DNA from: a virus
Taxonomy: Duplodnaviria > Caudoviricetes
Strand: one strand, 5' to 3'
DNA length: 24,576 bases
IMG/VR virus record: IMGVR_UViG_3300037797_000033
Span: 1-24,576 of that record
Within the stretch, counting starts at the first letter, position 1. Each line of letters starts with the position of its first letter. The position numbers were made by a program, and so were the translations under genes. The notes beneath the pieces are model-generated. The model did not search any database. It had not been told where the DNA came from and worked only from the letters and a program-made list of their open reading frames with translations. Positions 16,285 to 24,576 of the stretch are shown piece after piece.

Positions 16285-17694
16285 CTACGCCGATGTCTTC
16301 TCCTGAAGGAGCCGGAACCCGAGGTCGTTTACGGAATCGCTCCCGGACCTGAAGTGCATGAACCACGCACGCCGGCCATCGGGAAGGTTATTCGAAGTAT
16401 TGAACATATGGGGGATCAGCTCAATACTGGCACTTCCTGGCTTGTCGACAATGATGAAGTTACTAAAATCGCCGAAGACGATCGCATTGTCGTTCGCCGT
16501 GGTCGTCTGCGTGGACGGCGCCTCGTCGGACTCGACGACGGGCCGTCCGAGCAGGGTGCCGGCGGTGCCCATGGTCGCGTCGGTCGTGTAGCTGGCCGAC
16601 AGTGCCGTACCGAGCGCCTTGATGCCGAGCGAGTAGAACGGGTTCATCAGCCACGTCGACCGGCCGCGCCAGCGGACCGGGACCTGCCGGTACACGGAGT
16701 GCAGGTCGGCCAGCGCGATCACGTTCGCCGTGGCCGAGATGATCTCGACGTTGGTGTTGGCGTCGAGGGCGGTGAAGATGCCGGTCGGCGCCGACCCGGA
16801 GCCGGTCGCGTGCGCCACCGCCTCAAGGCGGTCCTTCGCGTCCGCCAGGATCATCAGCACGTCGGAGGTAAGGCCGCTGATGTCCTCCATGGCCTCGATG
16901 CTGGCCTGAACGAGTGCACGCCCGCTGTACAACGGGATCGACACGGGCGCCACCGCCGGCGTGTCGTCACTCACCTCGCTGAGTTCCGAGTCCCAGCTCG
17001 CCGTTGCGCCAGCCGTGGTCACGCCGCGCCACGTGTTCCCGTCCGTGAGCGTGACGACGCGGGAGATGCCGCGAATCACGTTGCTCGTGCCGCTGGACGT
17101 GAGAATCAGCGTCGGGTCGAGGTGCGTCGGCACCAGGTGCCCACCGGCCGTGTTCGTCCCGACCGCCATCGCCGCACGCTTCTCGTCCTCGCTCAGGAAC
17201 GCGGCCCGGCCGGTGACGAGCTTCGAGAACGCCGACAGGTAGTCCGGGTGCGACCGGGCGAGGATGCCGGCGGCCCACGGCGAGTCCGACGCGTGCCGCT
17301 TGACGATCTTCTCGAAGTTGCGCTGCGCGTCGACACCCTCGATGAGGCCTTCGGCGGCGCGGAGGTTGCCGTCGACGAGCTTGCGCCGGATCTCGCCGGT
17401 GGACATGCCGACGCCGCGTGACTGGAGCACCTCGTAGGGGTCGTCCTTGATGATGACGTTGGGTGCGCTGCGGGTGCCGTCGCCCTGCTCGACGTGGGTC
17501 GGGCGGGTGGCGAGGGTGGCGACCTGGGTACGGCGGGCCTCGATCGCCCGCACCTCGCCCTCACGCGTGGACCGTTCGGCGGTCAGGTCGTCCCAGGTCT
17601 TCTGCTGGGCTTCGTCGAGCGGGTTGTCGCCCGCTGCGTCGTGGATGGATCGCAGCTCGACCTCGATGGCCTCAAGCCGCTCCTGTGGTGTCAC
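16285..17694 (-). CDS. Major capsid protein, HK97 fold with N-terminal scaffold (delta) domain
   Basis: Coiled-coil N-terminus, GG.LVP, A.W..E, G.GS..P.GI, WLMN, LLGRPV..S, FGDFS motifs. Confidence 0.95.
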   Translation of the reverse strand: MTPQERLEAIEVELRSIHDAAGDNPLDEAQQKTWDDLTAERSTREGEVRAIEARRTQVATLATRPTHVEQGDGTRSAPNVIIKDDPYEVLQSRGVGMSTGEIRRKLVDGNLRAAEGLIEGVDAQRNFEKIVKRHASDSPWAAGILARSHPDYLSAFSKLVTGRAAFLSEDEKRAAMAVGTNTAGGHLVPTHLDPTLILTSSGTSNVIRGISRVVTLTDGNTWRGVTTAGATASWDSELSEVSDDTPAVAPVSIPLYSGRALVQASIEAMEDISGLTSDVLMILADAKDRLEAVAHATGSGSAPTGIFTALDANTNVEIISATANVIALADLHSVYRQVPVRWRGRSTWLMNPFYSLGIKALGTALSASYTTDATMGTAGTLLGRPVVESDEAPSTQTTTANDNAIVFGDFSNFIIVDKPGSASIELIPHMFNTSNNLPDGRRAWFMHFRSGSDSVNDLGFRLLQEKTSA

Positions 17695-18404
17695 GTTCTG
17701 TCTCCTGAGGTTGTCAGGGTGGGCACGGCGAGCAGACGTGCACGCACGTGCGGGGACAGACCGCGGGTGGCTTGTGCCGGCGCGACGGTCGAAGGCTCCG
17801 AGGTGACCTGCTGGTCGGCATCGGGGGTGGTGCGGAGTAGTTCGGCGAGCTCGTGCACGAGCCGTGCCCGGTCGTCGTCGTCAAGGCCGGCGAGCAGCGA
17901 ACGCACGCCGACAGAGGTGGACGCGTACGCCGGGAACACGACCGGCCCGAGCTCGTACAGCTCGACCTCGCGGATGGTGCGCAGGTCGACGTCGCCCTCG
18001 CGCTTCTTCCACGTGTCGCGGCCGGCCGGCACCTTGAACCGGAACGACATGCCGTCGATGGCGCCGCCCTCGATCGCCTGCCGGATCGGCTCCACGACGG
18101 CGTTGTCGAACAGCCGGGCGCGCACGTACAGGCCCCGACGGTCCTCGCGCAGCTCGTCGAGCGCGCCGATCGGCACCGAGCCGGTGCGGGCGTCGTAGCC
18201 GTGATCGAACTGAAGGACGGGCTTACGCTCGGCGATCGTCTTGGCGAACGCGCCGCGGGCGATCTGCTCGTCGAACATGCCCTCCCACGAGTCGATGCGG
18301 GTCGGGTCGTTGAAGACGGCCGCGTAGCCTTCCAGCGTCCTGCCATCACCGGAGCCCTCGGCACGGAACTCGACGGCGCGGGTGCAGAACCGGGACACCT
18401 TCAC
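17691..18404 (-). CDS. HK97-family prohead protease
   Basis: LEGYAAVFN, F.E.I..GAF, FDHG, ED.RGL, GMSFRF, L.E.GPV.FPAY. Confidence 0.95.
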   Translation of the reverse strand: MKVSRFCTRAVEFRAEGSGDGRTLEGYAAVFNDPTRIDSWEGMFDEQIARGAFAKTIAERKPVLQFDHGYDARTGSVPIGALDELREDRRGLYVRARLFDNAVVEPIRQAIEGGAIDGMSFRFKVPAGRDTWKKREGDVDLRTIREVELYELGPVVFPAYASTSVGVRSLLAGLDDDDRARLVHELAELLRTTPDADQQVTSEPSTVAPAQATRGLSPHVRARLLAVPTLTTSGDRT

Positions 18405-20806
18405 GGGGCCTCCTTCGCGGGGGCGGGGGCCGGCGCCGTGGTGCCGGGCGGTTGAAGCTGCACGCTAAACAGGCCCGAATGGGACAAGAGGGCGAAATCG
18501 TCGGCGAGAACGGCGCCCACAACGGACTCCGCGGTGTATCCCGAGTCGGTCAGCGCCCGAATCGTCTGCGCCTTGCGGAACGCGATCTCGGCACTGTCGA
18601 GCTGGTCCTCGCGCAGGAACGCGATGTCGCGGTCGTCGTACCAGAGCCGCGTGCCAGCCGGCGGCTGAAGAACCGTCTGAAGCGCCGCGCACGCCGAACG
18701 CCACTGCGGCCTCGCCCAGTGGTCGCCGAACTTGCGCCGGGCCTGCCCGTAGTTGCTGTACGTCGCCGCCTGCAAGCCCTCGGACAGGCCCACGATCACG
18801 GCAGGCACACCACCGGCCGCGGTGATCCGGGTTTCGCCGGCGCCCTGGGTGTCCTTGAACGACAGTTGCCGCAGGTCAGAACCCACAACGGTGACGTCAG
18901 CGCCGCCACCCAGGAACAGCGTCTTGTACGCGTTGTCGACGCCCTGGTGGCTGGCGTTCATCGCCGCCATGAACGCCCGGAACTGTTCCTCGGTGACCGT
19001 CTCCTTCAGCGAGACGGCGAGGTTGGGGGTGTTGTGCGTCAGGACGTAGCCGTCCGTCACGTACAGGTGGTCAGACGAGTCGACCGCGATGCACTGCGCC
19101 GGCTTCGGCCCGACGTACTCCACCGACTGGATGAACCGCCACCGGCCACCCCGGAACTTCGGGGAGTACGCCTTCGCCTTGCGGGCGAGACGGCACGGGT
19201 TGATCCATTCGGGAAGCCTGCTGATGGTCACGTGCCACTGAGCACGGCCGCGCTCCGTTGCTGCCCGGCCGAGCCGGACTGACGCCACGGCGCCGAGGCT
19301 GCTCGCCAGTTCAACAACCTGCTGCGCAAGGACCTGACTGGTGGTGTCGAACCGGACCGTGTTCGGCTGCCGGCCATCGATGTTGCCGTCGGTGTCGATG
19401 AGGCCCTGAAGCAGGCCGACACGCTGCGTCACCGAGGCCCGTAGGTACTGCTGCGGGATGGACTTCTCGTAGCCGGGGACGTCGAACAGGCCCATGTCCC
19501 GGATGACCTGCGTAAACGGGTTGGGGCGTGGCCCGCCCGGACCCTTGAAGTAGAACTCGGACCACCCGCCACGGTTGCGGCGGCTGATGGTGACGCCGGC
19601 CGGCAGCAACGCGGACAGCAACGCTTCCTGCTCGTCGACGTCGGAGGAACAGGCCGCGAACGCGACGCCGCCACTGCCCTTGCCGTTGGAGCGGAAGCTG
19701 CCGTCGCCGAGCAGCGACCCGAGCAGGTACGGGTCCATCGGCAGGTCGCCGGGGTCGTCGAACTCCATCGGGTCGACCAGCGGCACGGACCACTTGTAGG
19801 GGCCGCTGTCGTAGCGGATGCCCTGCTGGACCAGTTTCTCCAGGGTCTGGGTGCGGGTCACGCCACGCTGCCTGTCGTAGGCGTTGGCGACCGTCCAGAG
19901 GTGGTCTGCGGTGCATTCGGTGGTCGCGCCGCTGGAGAAGGTGACGCGGTAGATGTCCTGGATGCCCTGCGGGTAGACGCCCAGGACCGTCTTCGGCTTC
20001 CCATCGGAGCCGAAGACGCGGTCGCCGACCTTCAGGTCGCCCATTTCGACCCAGCCTGTAGGAGTTAGCACCCCTGCATCATATGGCTGAGGAGCCGCGT
20101 TCTCGAAGAACTTCAGCTTGTGCGCCGTCGCCGCGCGATCGGCCTGCACCTCGCGGACCACCGGCGTCAGCCACGACATGCCGCGGTACTGCGCCTCCGG
20201 ATCCGGGATCGGGGACCAGTGACACACCTCGCCCGGAAGGAAAATCTCCGGACGGGTGCGGCTACCTGGCCCGCCGGGGTGGTAGGCGTAGCCAGCGACG
20301 TCGGACTCGACCGCCTGATCCGGCGCCGCCGTGAGCACGATCGACACCCAGTCCGGCCGCAGCCTGCGCAAACGCCTGCGCTCGCGAACGGCGTAGAAAT
20401 TCCCCGACAGCGAGACGTCCTGCTCCATGCGGGCCAGCAGCTCGCCGGTGGTGCCGTTCGGCCACGGGTGCTCCAGCAGCTCCAGGGCGGGCGAGCCGAA
20501 CAGGTCCCCCGGCCGGCCCTTCTCCAACCGTTGGAACTGGAACCGCGCCTCGGTGAACAGCAGCATGCGGGCCAGTACGGTCGCGAAGACGACGCCGTCG
20601 GCCTTGTACGCGCCGTTGACGTAGCCGGTGAAGCTGTTCCCGATCGACTCCTGCTTCTCCCCGTACGAGGTGAGGCCCAGGAGCGGGTACTGCCAGCCGC
20701 CGAACGACATCTTCTCGTTCGCGTAGTCGGAGAAGCTGTACCGCTGCTCGATGCCGGTGGGTCCGCCGTTCAGCCAGTCAAGGAAGCGGGTCAAACGGTT
20801 CGCCAC
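18401..20806 (-). CDS. HK97-family portal protein precursor containing an intein
   Basis: L..P.PN, GNFY, L.PD.V, G.S.L, FFENAA|TPN, I.AA.GVP..IVG motifs; GTG 20806 follows GAGGAG; about 447 aa after removal of 354 aa. Confidence 0.95.
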   Translation of the reverse strand: MANRLTRFLDWLNGGPTGIEQRYSFSDYANEKMSFGGWQYPLLGLTSYGEKQESIGNSFTGYVNGAYKADGVVFATVLARMLLFTEARFQFQRLEKGRPGDLFGSPALELLEHPWPNGTTGELLARMEQDVSLSGNFYAVRERRRLRRLRPDWVSIVLTAAPDQAVESDVAGYAYHPGGPGSRTRPEIFLPGEVCHWSPIPDPEAQYRGMSWLTPVVREVQADRAATAHKLKFFENAAPQPYDAGVLTPTGWVEMGDLKVGDRVFGSDGKPKTVLGVYPQGIQDIYRVTFSSGATTECTADHLWTVANAYDRQRGVTRTQTLEKLVQQGIRYDSGPYKWSVPLVDPMEFDDPGDLPMDPYLLGSLLGDGSFRSNGKGSGGVAFAACSSDVDEQEALLSALLPAGVTISRRNRGGWSEFYFKGPGGPRPNPFTQVIRDMGLFDVPGYEKSIPQQYLRASVTQRVGLLQGLIDTDGNIDGRQPNTVRFDTTSQVLAQQVVELASSLGAVASVRLGRAATERGRAQWHVTISRLPEWINPCRLARKAKAYSPKFRGGRWRFIQSVEYVGPKPAQCIAVDSSDHLYVTDGYVLTHNTPNLAVSLKETVTEEQFRAFMAAMNASHQGVDNAYKTLFLGGGADVTVVGSDLRQLSFKDTQGAGETRITAAGGVPAVIVGLSEGLQAATYSNYGQARRKFGDHWARPQWRSACAALQTVLQPPAGTRLWYDDRDIAFLREDQLDSAEIAFRKAQTIRALTDSGYTAESVVGAVLADDFALLSHSGLFSVQLQPPGTTAPAPAPAKEAP
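19031..20092 (-). mobile_element. Full-length intein (354 aa) with LAGLIDADG homing endonuclease, class 3
   Basis: Block A PQPYDAGVLTPTGW; block B TADHLW; blocks C/E DPYLLGSLLGDGS and LLQGLIDTDG; block F AQCIAV; block G VLTHN/T. Confidence 0.95.
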
Positions 20807-20822
20807 GGCTCTCCTCACCAGG

Positions 20823-21050
20823 TCAGAGCGGGTCCTCAGGGTCGGCCTTCCGCGCGGCCAACGCGGTCCCGAACCCGGCCAGAGCCCCAGCCAGAGCCGT
20901 ATCGAGGGAGACGTACATCAGAAACGGCACGGAGTCGCGCCACAGCCACATGCCGGGTCCGAACAGGCACAGCCACTTGACGGCCTGGACGCCGTGGAAC
21001 CACATCCACGCCTTGGGGTTCGTTACGACCGCTCGTGCCCGGCTAGCCAT
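20823..21050 (-). CDS. Small membrane protein between terminase and portal
   Basis: Hydrophobic, Trp-rich, 75 aa; overlaps the terL stop. Confidence 0.7.
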   Translation of the reverse strand: MASRARAVVTNPKAWMWFHGVQAVKWLCLFGPGMWLWRDSVPFLMYVSLDTALAGALAGFGTALAARKADPEDPL

Positions 21051-22542
21051 ACATCGCCCACGGCGCCGGGGACGGCGCTTCCAGGGCGGCGGCGTAGGCG
21101 TGGCCCATCACCGCGCAGATCGCAAGGTCGATCTTGCGGGGCGAGTTCGGGGACTCCTTCTGCACCCGCCAGCCCTGCGGCGTCGCCTTGATCACAGCGT
21201 TCCCGACGTGGCGGGCCAGCCGCTGCTCACCCGAGTGGGTCAGCTTGCGGTCCTTCGCCGCGTCATACAGCCGCTGGGCGGCCTGGATCATCGCCAGACC
21301 CTGCGGCATCGCCTCACACGGATACCCCTCGGCGGCCAGCCGCTCGAACATCTGCTGCCAGATCCGCGGGTCGTACACACAGTGACGGACCTTCCAGCGC
21401 TCGAAGGCGTCACGCAGCGTCGTCTCGACCTCGTCGGGGTTGACCCGCCAACCCGTCTCGCCGGTCGGCTTCTCCCAGCAGGCGACAACGTCCATGTGCA
21501 GGTCGACCACCGAGTGCACCGTCAGCCCGGTCGAGTCACCGGAGAACGACCCGTCGAAGGCCAGCACGACCTCGGAGCCGTCAGGGACCGCCCTGCGGAC
21601 GGCCAGAGAGTCCCACAGGCCGGTCGGGAACCACGCCTGCTCAGTCGCCACCCACTGGTTGCACCGCTTCGTCCTGAACTCGTTCTCAGGCGTCCGCAGC
21701 ACCGCCGACGCGAGATCCTCGGCAGACACCAGATCCGCCAGGCCCGGGTTGGCCTCACGCCACGTCGCCGGGTCACGGTGATCCGCCTCCGGGTTACGGG
21801 GCTCCCACCACGCCATGAAGAACGTCGGGTCGTCCAGCTCGCCAGAGGCGACCCGCTGCCCGTACTGGTACAGGCCGTAACACAGGCTGTCCTGCCCCGT
21901 CGTGTCCGTCCGCACCCCGGCGGTAGTGATGCCCACCATCAACGGCTCGACCCGGGCGCCCTGCGCCAGGGCCATGACGTCCCACAGGTCCCGGTTCGGC
22001 TGGGCATGCACCTCGTCGAACACAACCAGGTGGGGGTTCAGACCCTCTTTGGTGTACGCCTCGGCGGACAACGCCCGGTACACCGACCCGGTCTTCTCGA
22101 ACTCGATGACGTCCCTGTAGACCTTGAGGAGTTGCGACAGCTCCGGGTCCATCTTGACCATGCGGCGGGCCGTGTCGAACACGACCTTCGCCTGCTGCTT
22201 ATCCGCCGCGCACGAGTACACCTCGCCGCCCTGCGGCCCCAGCACCAGCCCACCAAGGCCGAGCGCCGCACCGACACCCGACTTGCCGTTCTTACGCGCC
22301 ACCCCGACGAGCGCCTGGCGGTGCCGCAGACGACCATCCGGACGCCGCGCGAGCAGGTGGCCGAGGAGCTGCTGCTGCCAGGCCCGGAAAACCAGCAGCT
22401 CCCCGGCCGGACTAGCCAGCGAATCCTTGTCGACCCGGCACACCGCCTGCGCAAAGTCGCTGAACAGGGCACCGTCGCCGCGGGCGACGTCCTCGTCCGG
22501 GACCGGGGTCAGCCACCGTGGCGGCCAGCCCTCAACCTGCAC
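21043..22542 (-). CDS. terL: Terminase large subunit
   Basis: WQ adenine-binding motif, Walker A VARKNGKS, Walker B VVFDEVH, coupling motif ITTAG, nuclease AFDGS...D and KID. Confidence 0.97.
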   Translation of the reverse strand: MQVEGWPPRWLTPVPDEDVARGDGALFSDFAQAVCRVDKDSLASPAGELLVFRAWQQQLLGHLLARRPDGRLRHRQALVGVARKNGKSGVGAALGLGGLVLGPQGGEVYSCAADKQQAKVVFDTARRMVKMDPELSQLLKVYRDVIEFEKTGSVYRALSAEAYTKEGLNPHLVVFDEVHAQPNRDLWDVMALAQGARVEPLMVGITTAGVRTDTTGQDSLCYGLYQYGQRVASGELDDPTFFMAWWEPRNPEADHRDPATWREANPGLADLVSAEDLASAVLRTPENEFRTKRCNQWVATEQAWFPTGLWDSLAVRRAVPDGSEVVLAFDGSFSGDSTGLTVHSVVDLHMDVVACWEKPTGETGWRVNPDEVETTLRDAFERWKVRHCVYDPRIWQQMFERLAAEGYPCEAMPQGLAMIQAAQRLYDAAKDRKLTHSGEQRLARHVGNAVIKATPQGWRVQKESPNSPRKIDLAICAVMGHAYAAALEAPSPAPWAMYG

Positions 22543-22999
22543 TCTGACGCCTCGTCAGCAACTGGTCGAGGGCCGACGCCCGCTTCACCTCGGCCACGCC
22601 GAGACGTGAGCGGGCCGTCGGGTTGAAGCCGAGCACGCCGAGCGCCTCGTCGAACCGCTTCCCCAACGCGGCCAGCGCACGGGCGTCAGCAGGGTCCGAC
22701 GTGGCCCGGTACCGGCGGCGCGCCACGGCCAGGTCGTCGGCGACCTCGCACGCCTCGATCACGGCCGCCATGTCCGACGCCGGGGAGATCCACGTGATGG
22801 CCTCGGCCCACGCGCGGCGCCACAGCTCGGCGCCGGCCGCCTCGATGCCGGGCGGCAACGGCGGCACACCCTCGGCCATCGGCAACGCCACGACCTCACC
22901 GACGACGGGCAGCTTGCGGCCACCAGAGTCGGTGCCCTCGTAGCGGGCGCGGCGACGCTTCACTTCGAGCGGTGCCGGGGGCCTGCCACGTGTCGCCAC
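22532..22999 (-). CDS. terS: Terminase small subunit (P27-like)
   Basis: RGRPP.P N-terminus and LGFNPTARSRLG motif; overlaps the terL start. Confidence 0.9.
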   Translation of the reverse strand: MATRGRPPAPLEVKRRRARYEGTDSGGRKLPVVGEVVALPMAEGVPPLPPGIEAAGAELWRRAWAEAITWISPASDMAAVIEACEVADDLAVARRRYRATSDPADARALAALGKRFDEALGVLGFNPTARSRLGVAEVKRASALDQLLTRRQSAG

Positions 23000-23180
23000 C
23001 GCCGCACCTCACTCTACGTAACGTCACTCTCCGTGATGTCCGGTTCGTTCCAGGATCGCGACTCAGACACCTCTGAGACTGCGGGATCGAAGTCCGTCAT
23101 TCTGAGTGCACACGCGCGAAGGGGTTTGGGGTCGCGCAGGGCCATCGGCTTTTCTCGATGCCTACCCGCCCCCCTTGGGC
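23000..23180. other. Probable packaging (cos) region
   Basis: Sizeable intergenic gap between HNH and terS, with G-run/C-run tracts and short repeats. Position inferred from HK97-type phages; the exact cut site cannot be read. Confidence 0.5.
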
Positions 23181-23476
23181 TGTACACGTGCTGCTTTGCG
23201 GCTGTTGCAGGAGCGACACAACACGGAGAGTAATCCGTGCTCGCTTCCACCTGCTGCAACGGGGTGAACATGGTCGGCGGTGAGGTCATGGGAAAGGTGG
23301 GGTTGCACCCTGTAACCAGGACACCAGTCACCGTGTGTAGTCCGCCATTGATCCACTACCCTCGCTCGCCGCTGTCGCTCACTGTGTGTATTCAGGCGCT
23401 GGTGGGGGTTGCCGCATGAAGCGCACCGGGGGGTTCGAACGAGACGCCCGCATTCGAGGCAGGGCCGAAGTGGCAT
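23162..23476 (-). CDS. Terminase-associated HNH endonuclease (HK97 gp74-like)
   Basis: MP.RPCLECG...RC, ADHV.P...GG...L..LCRSCNSRK; directly upstream of terS. Confidence 0.9.
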   Translation of the reverse strand: MPLRPCLECGRLVRTPRCASCGNPHQRLNTHSERQRRARVVDQWRTTHGDWCPGYRVQPHLSHDLTADHVHPVAAGGSEHGLLSVLCRSCNSRKAARVQPKGGG

Positions 23477-23487
23477 GCCCCCCTCTT

Positions 23488-23700
23488 TCAGGCGGCGCGG
23501 TTGGAGCGGGGCCTGGTCTTGGCTTCGGCCTGGGCGAGGTCGACCAGGCGGTACAGGGCTGGTCCGCCGGCGGGTAGGCGGCCGACGCTGGCGAGGTGGC
23601 CGCGGGCTGCCCATTGGCGGATGGTGACGGGTCGTACGCCGAGGTGGGTGGCGGCTTCGTCGGTGGTGAGGAGGAGTCCGTCGGGGCTTGGGAGGGGCAT
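23488..23700 (-). CDS. HTH DNA-binding protein (MerR/excisionase-like)
   Basis: LTTDEAA.HLGV...TIRQWA.RGHL...LYRL.DL. Confidence 0.85.
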   Translation of the reverse strand: MPLPSPDGLLLTTDEAATHLGVRPVTIRQWAARGHLASVGRLPAGGPALYRLVDLAQAEAKTRPRSNRAA

Positions 23701-23738
23701 GGTCACCCCCGTGCGCGGACTGGTCCTGTTGGCAGGCG

Positions 23739-23767
23739 ATGTTACGCACCGTGGATCATGCGTGCAA
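23739..23767 (-). promoter_or_regulatory. Candidate sigma70/HrdB-type promoter heading the late operon
   Basis: TTGCAC (23767-23762) - 17 nt - TAACAT (23744-23739), intergenic. Confidence 0.65.
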
Positions 23768-23772
23768 GCAGG

Positions 23773-23988
23773 TCACGGCGCGTCTTGCGGCTCGACTGTC
23801 GTCACTGGTACGCGGATAACCTCGAACCGGGAGCGGTCGTCGTCGGGCCGCAACGCCTTGAGGGCGGCGATCAACAGTTCGCCGAACTCTCCGGCGCCTC
23901 GGTTGGTAACGGAGCCTCGGATGTAGGCGGTGCCATGCCAGTTGGCGTGGTCAACGTGGAGAACGATTTCCGGTCGGTCGGTGCTCAT
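23773..23988 (-). CDS. Small hypothetical protein (71 aa)
   Basis: AGGAG SD; ATGA overlap with the upstream stop. Confidence 0.7.
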   Translation of the reverse strand: MSTDRPEIVLHVDHANWHGTAYIRGSVTNRGAGEFGELLIAALKALRPDDDRSRFEVIRVPVTTVEPQDAP

Positions 23989-24575
23989 GCGGGTCTCCTG
24001 GTCTGTGCGGTGAGCGGTGCGGCGAGCAGGCCTGTCCACTCGGCGTACTCGGCGTGGGTATAGAGGGCGGGGCAGTTGTCGCACACGATGCGGTCGTCGC
24101 CGGGCGTGCGGTACAGCGCCATGGTGTCGCATTGACGGCATCTGACACCTTGGCACAGTTCCGCACGGGGTTTGACGAGGTGGAGTACGGCCCGGAGCTG
24201 GTGGTGCAGGGTGGCGATCTCGTGGGCGAAGTCGTCGATGGCGGGGTGCTTGTCGCACGCCCAGTGGAACCGGTTGTGGAGCCATGTGGCGAGGTCGGGG
24301 ACGGTGGGTCGGGGCTGGACGGTGCCGGGGGCGCCGTAGCTGCGCCAGTCGTCGACCCACAGGGCGAGGACGGTAGCGGCGCCGGGGTCACCGGTTTGGT
24401 CGCTGAGAGGCCCTGTGGCGGCCTGGAGGCGTGCGGGCATGGTGAGGTCTAGGGCGGACAGGTTGAGCGGCGCTGCGGGGCTTCTGGTGCCACTGACTGA
24501 GGACCCGCCGTTGCGCCCCGGTTCGAGCGCGGCCGGCAGCCACGCGACGAGGGCGGGGATTTCGGCGAGGTGCTT
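23985..24575 (-). CDS. Zn-ribbon protein, 5'-partial; possible late-gene regulator
   Basis: Frame is open to the window edge; P.N...LD motif and CRQC...CDNC; usual position upstream of the HNH-terminase block. Confidence 0.75.
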   Translation of the reverse strand, partial: KHLAEIPALVAWLPAALEPGRNGGSSVSGTRSPAAPLNLSALDLTMPARLQAATGPLSDQTGDPGAATVLALWVDDWRSYGAPGTVQPRPTVPDLATWLHNRFHWACDKHPAIDDFAHEIATLHHQLRAVLHLVKPRAELCQGVRCRQCDTMALYRTPGDDRIVCDNCPALYTHAEYAEWTGLLAAPLTAQTRRPA

Positions 24576-24576
24576 G

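Larger units (their letters stand above)
1..24576 (-). mobile_element. Actinomycete siphophage/prophage late-gene module (extends beyond both window edges)
   Basis: Canonical co-oriented order HNH-terS-terL-portal-protease-capsid-adaptor-tail tube-chaperone-tape measure-minor tail-endolysin-holins with tight translational coupling; very high GC. No integrase or att site is visible, so prophage versus free phage cannot be decided. Confidence 0.97.

Noticed and set aside
18450-18565. Mildly AT-enriched third positions at the portal 3' end
   Set aside because: Only about a quarter of codons are affected and there is no adjacent element; too weak to call a conversion tract without comparison.
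23014-23331. 105-aa minus-strand ORF across the HNH end and cos region
   Set aside because: Overlaps the HNH out of frame; no SD; atypical composition.
1-24576. CRISPR arrays, tRNA/rRNA genes, IS elements, reverse transcriptase/DGR, integrase/att sites
   Set aside because: None recognisable; the window is nearly fully coding, with only short intergenic gaps.

Overview
The whole window is the late (packaging, head, tail, lysis) module of a high-GC actinomycete siphovirus or prophage with an HK97-type head. It is encoded almost entirely on the minus strand and reads right to left. The order is: Zn-finger regulator (partial), small ORF, sigma70-like promoter, HTH, HNH, probable cos region, TerS, TerL, small membrane protein, portal, prohead protease, major capsid. 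The portal is interrupted by a full-length LAGLIDADG intein with Pro1 and the class-3 WCT signature. After the capsid come a free-standing EndoVII-type endonuclease fused in frame to an acidic ORF, and an accessory block (glycosyltransferase, SAM methyltransferase, a 20-aa-repeat fibre-like protein). Then follow head-tail and tail genes, a tail chaperone with a -1 frameshift, a short tape measure, minor tail genes, an amidase endolysin and several holin-like genes. The most notable signals are: (i) the portal intein, with a candidate hybrid promoter across its 5' junction; (ii) a synonymously recoded capsid 3' end next to the endonuclease, suggesting intronless homing; (iii) two related hairpin/pseudoknot leaders abutting Shine-Dalgarno (SD) sites; (iv) a candidate virion glycosylation/methylation cassette; (v) a tail hub gene apparently split by an inserted gene. 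All calls come from reading motifs by eye; no searches were run.
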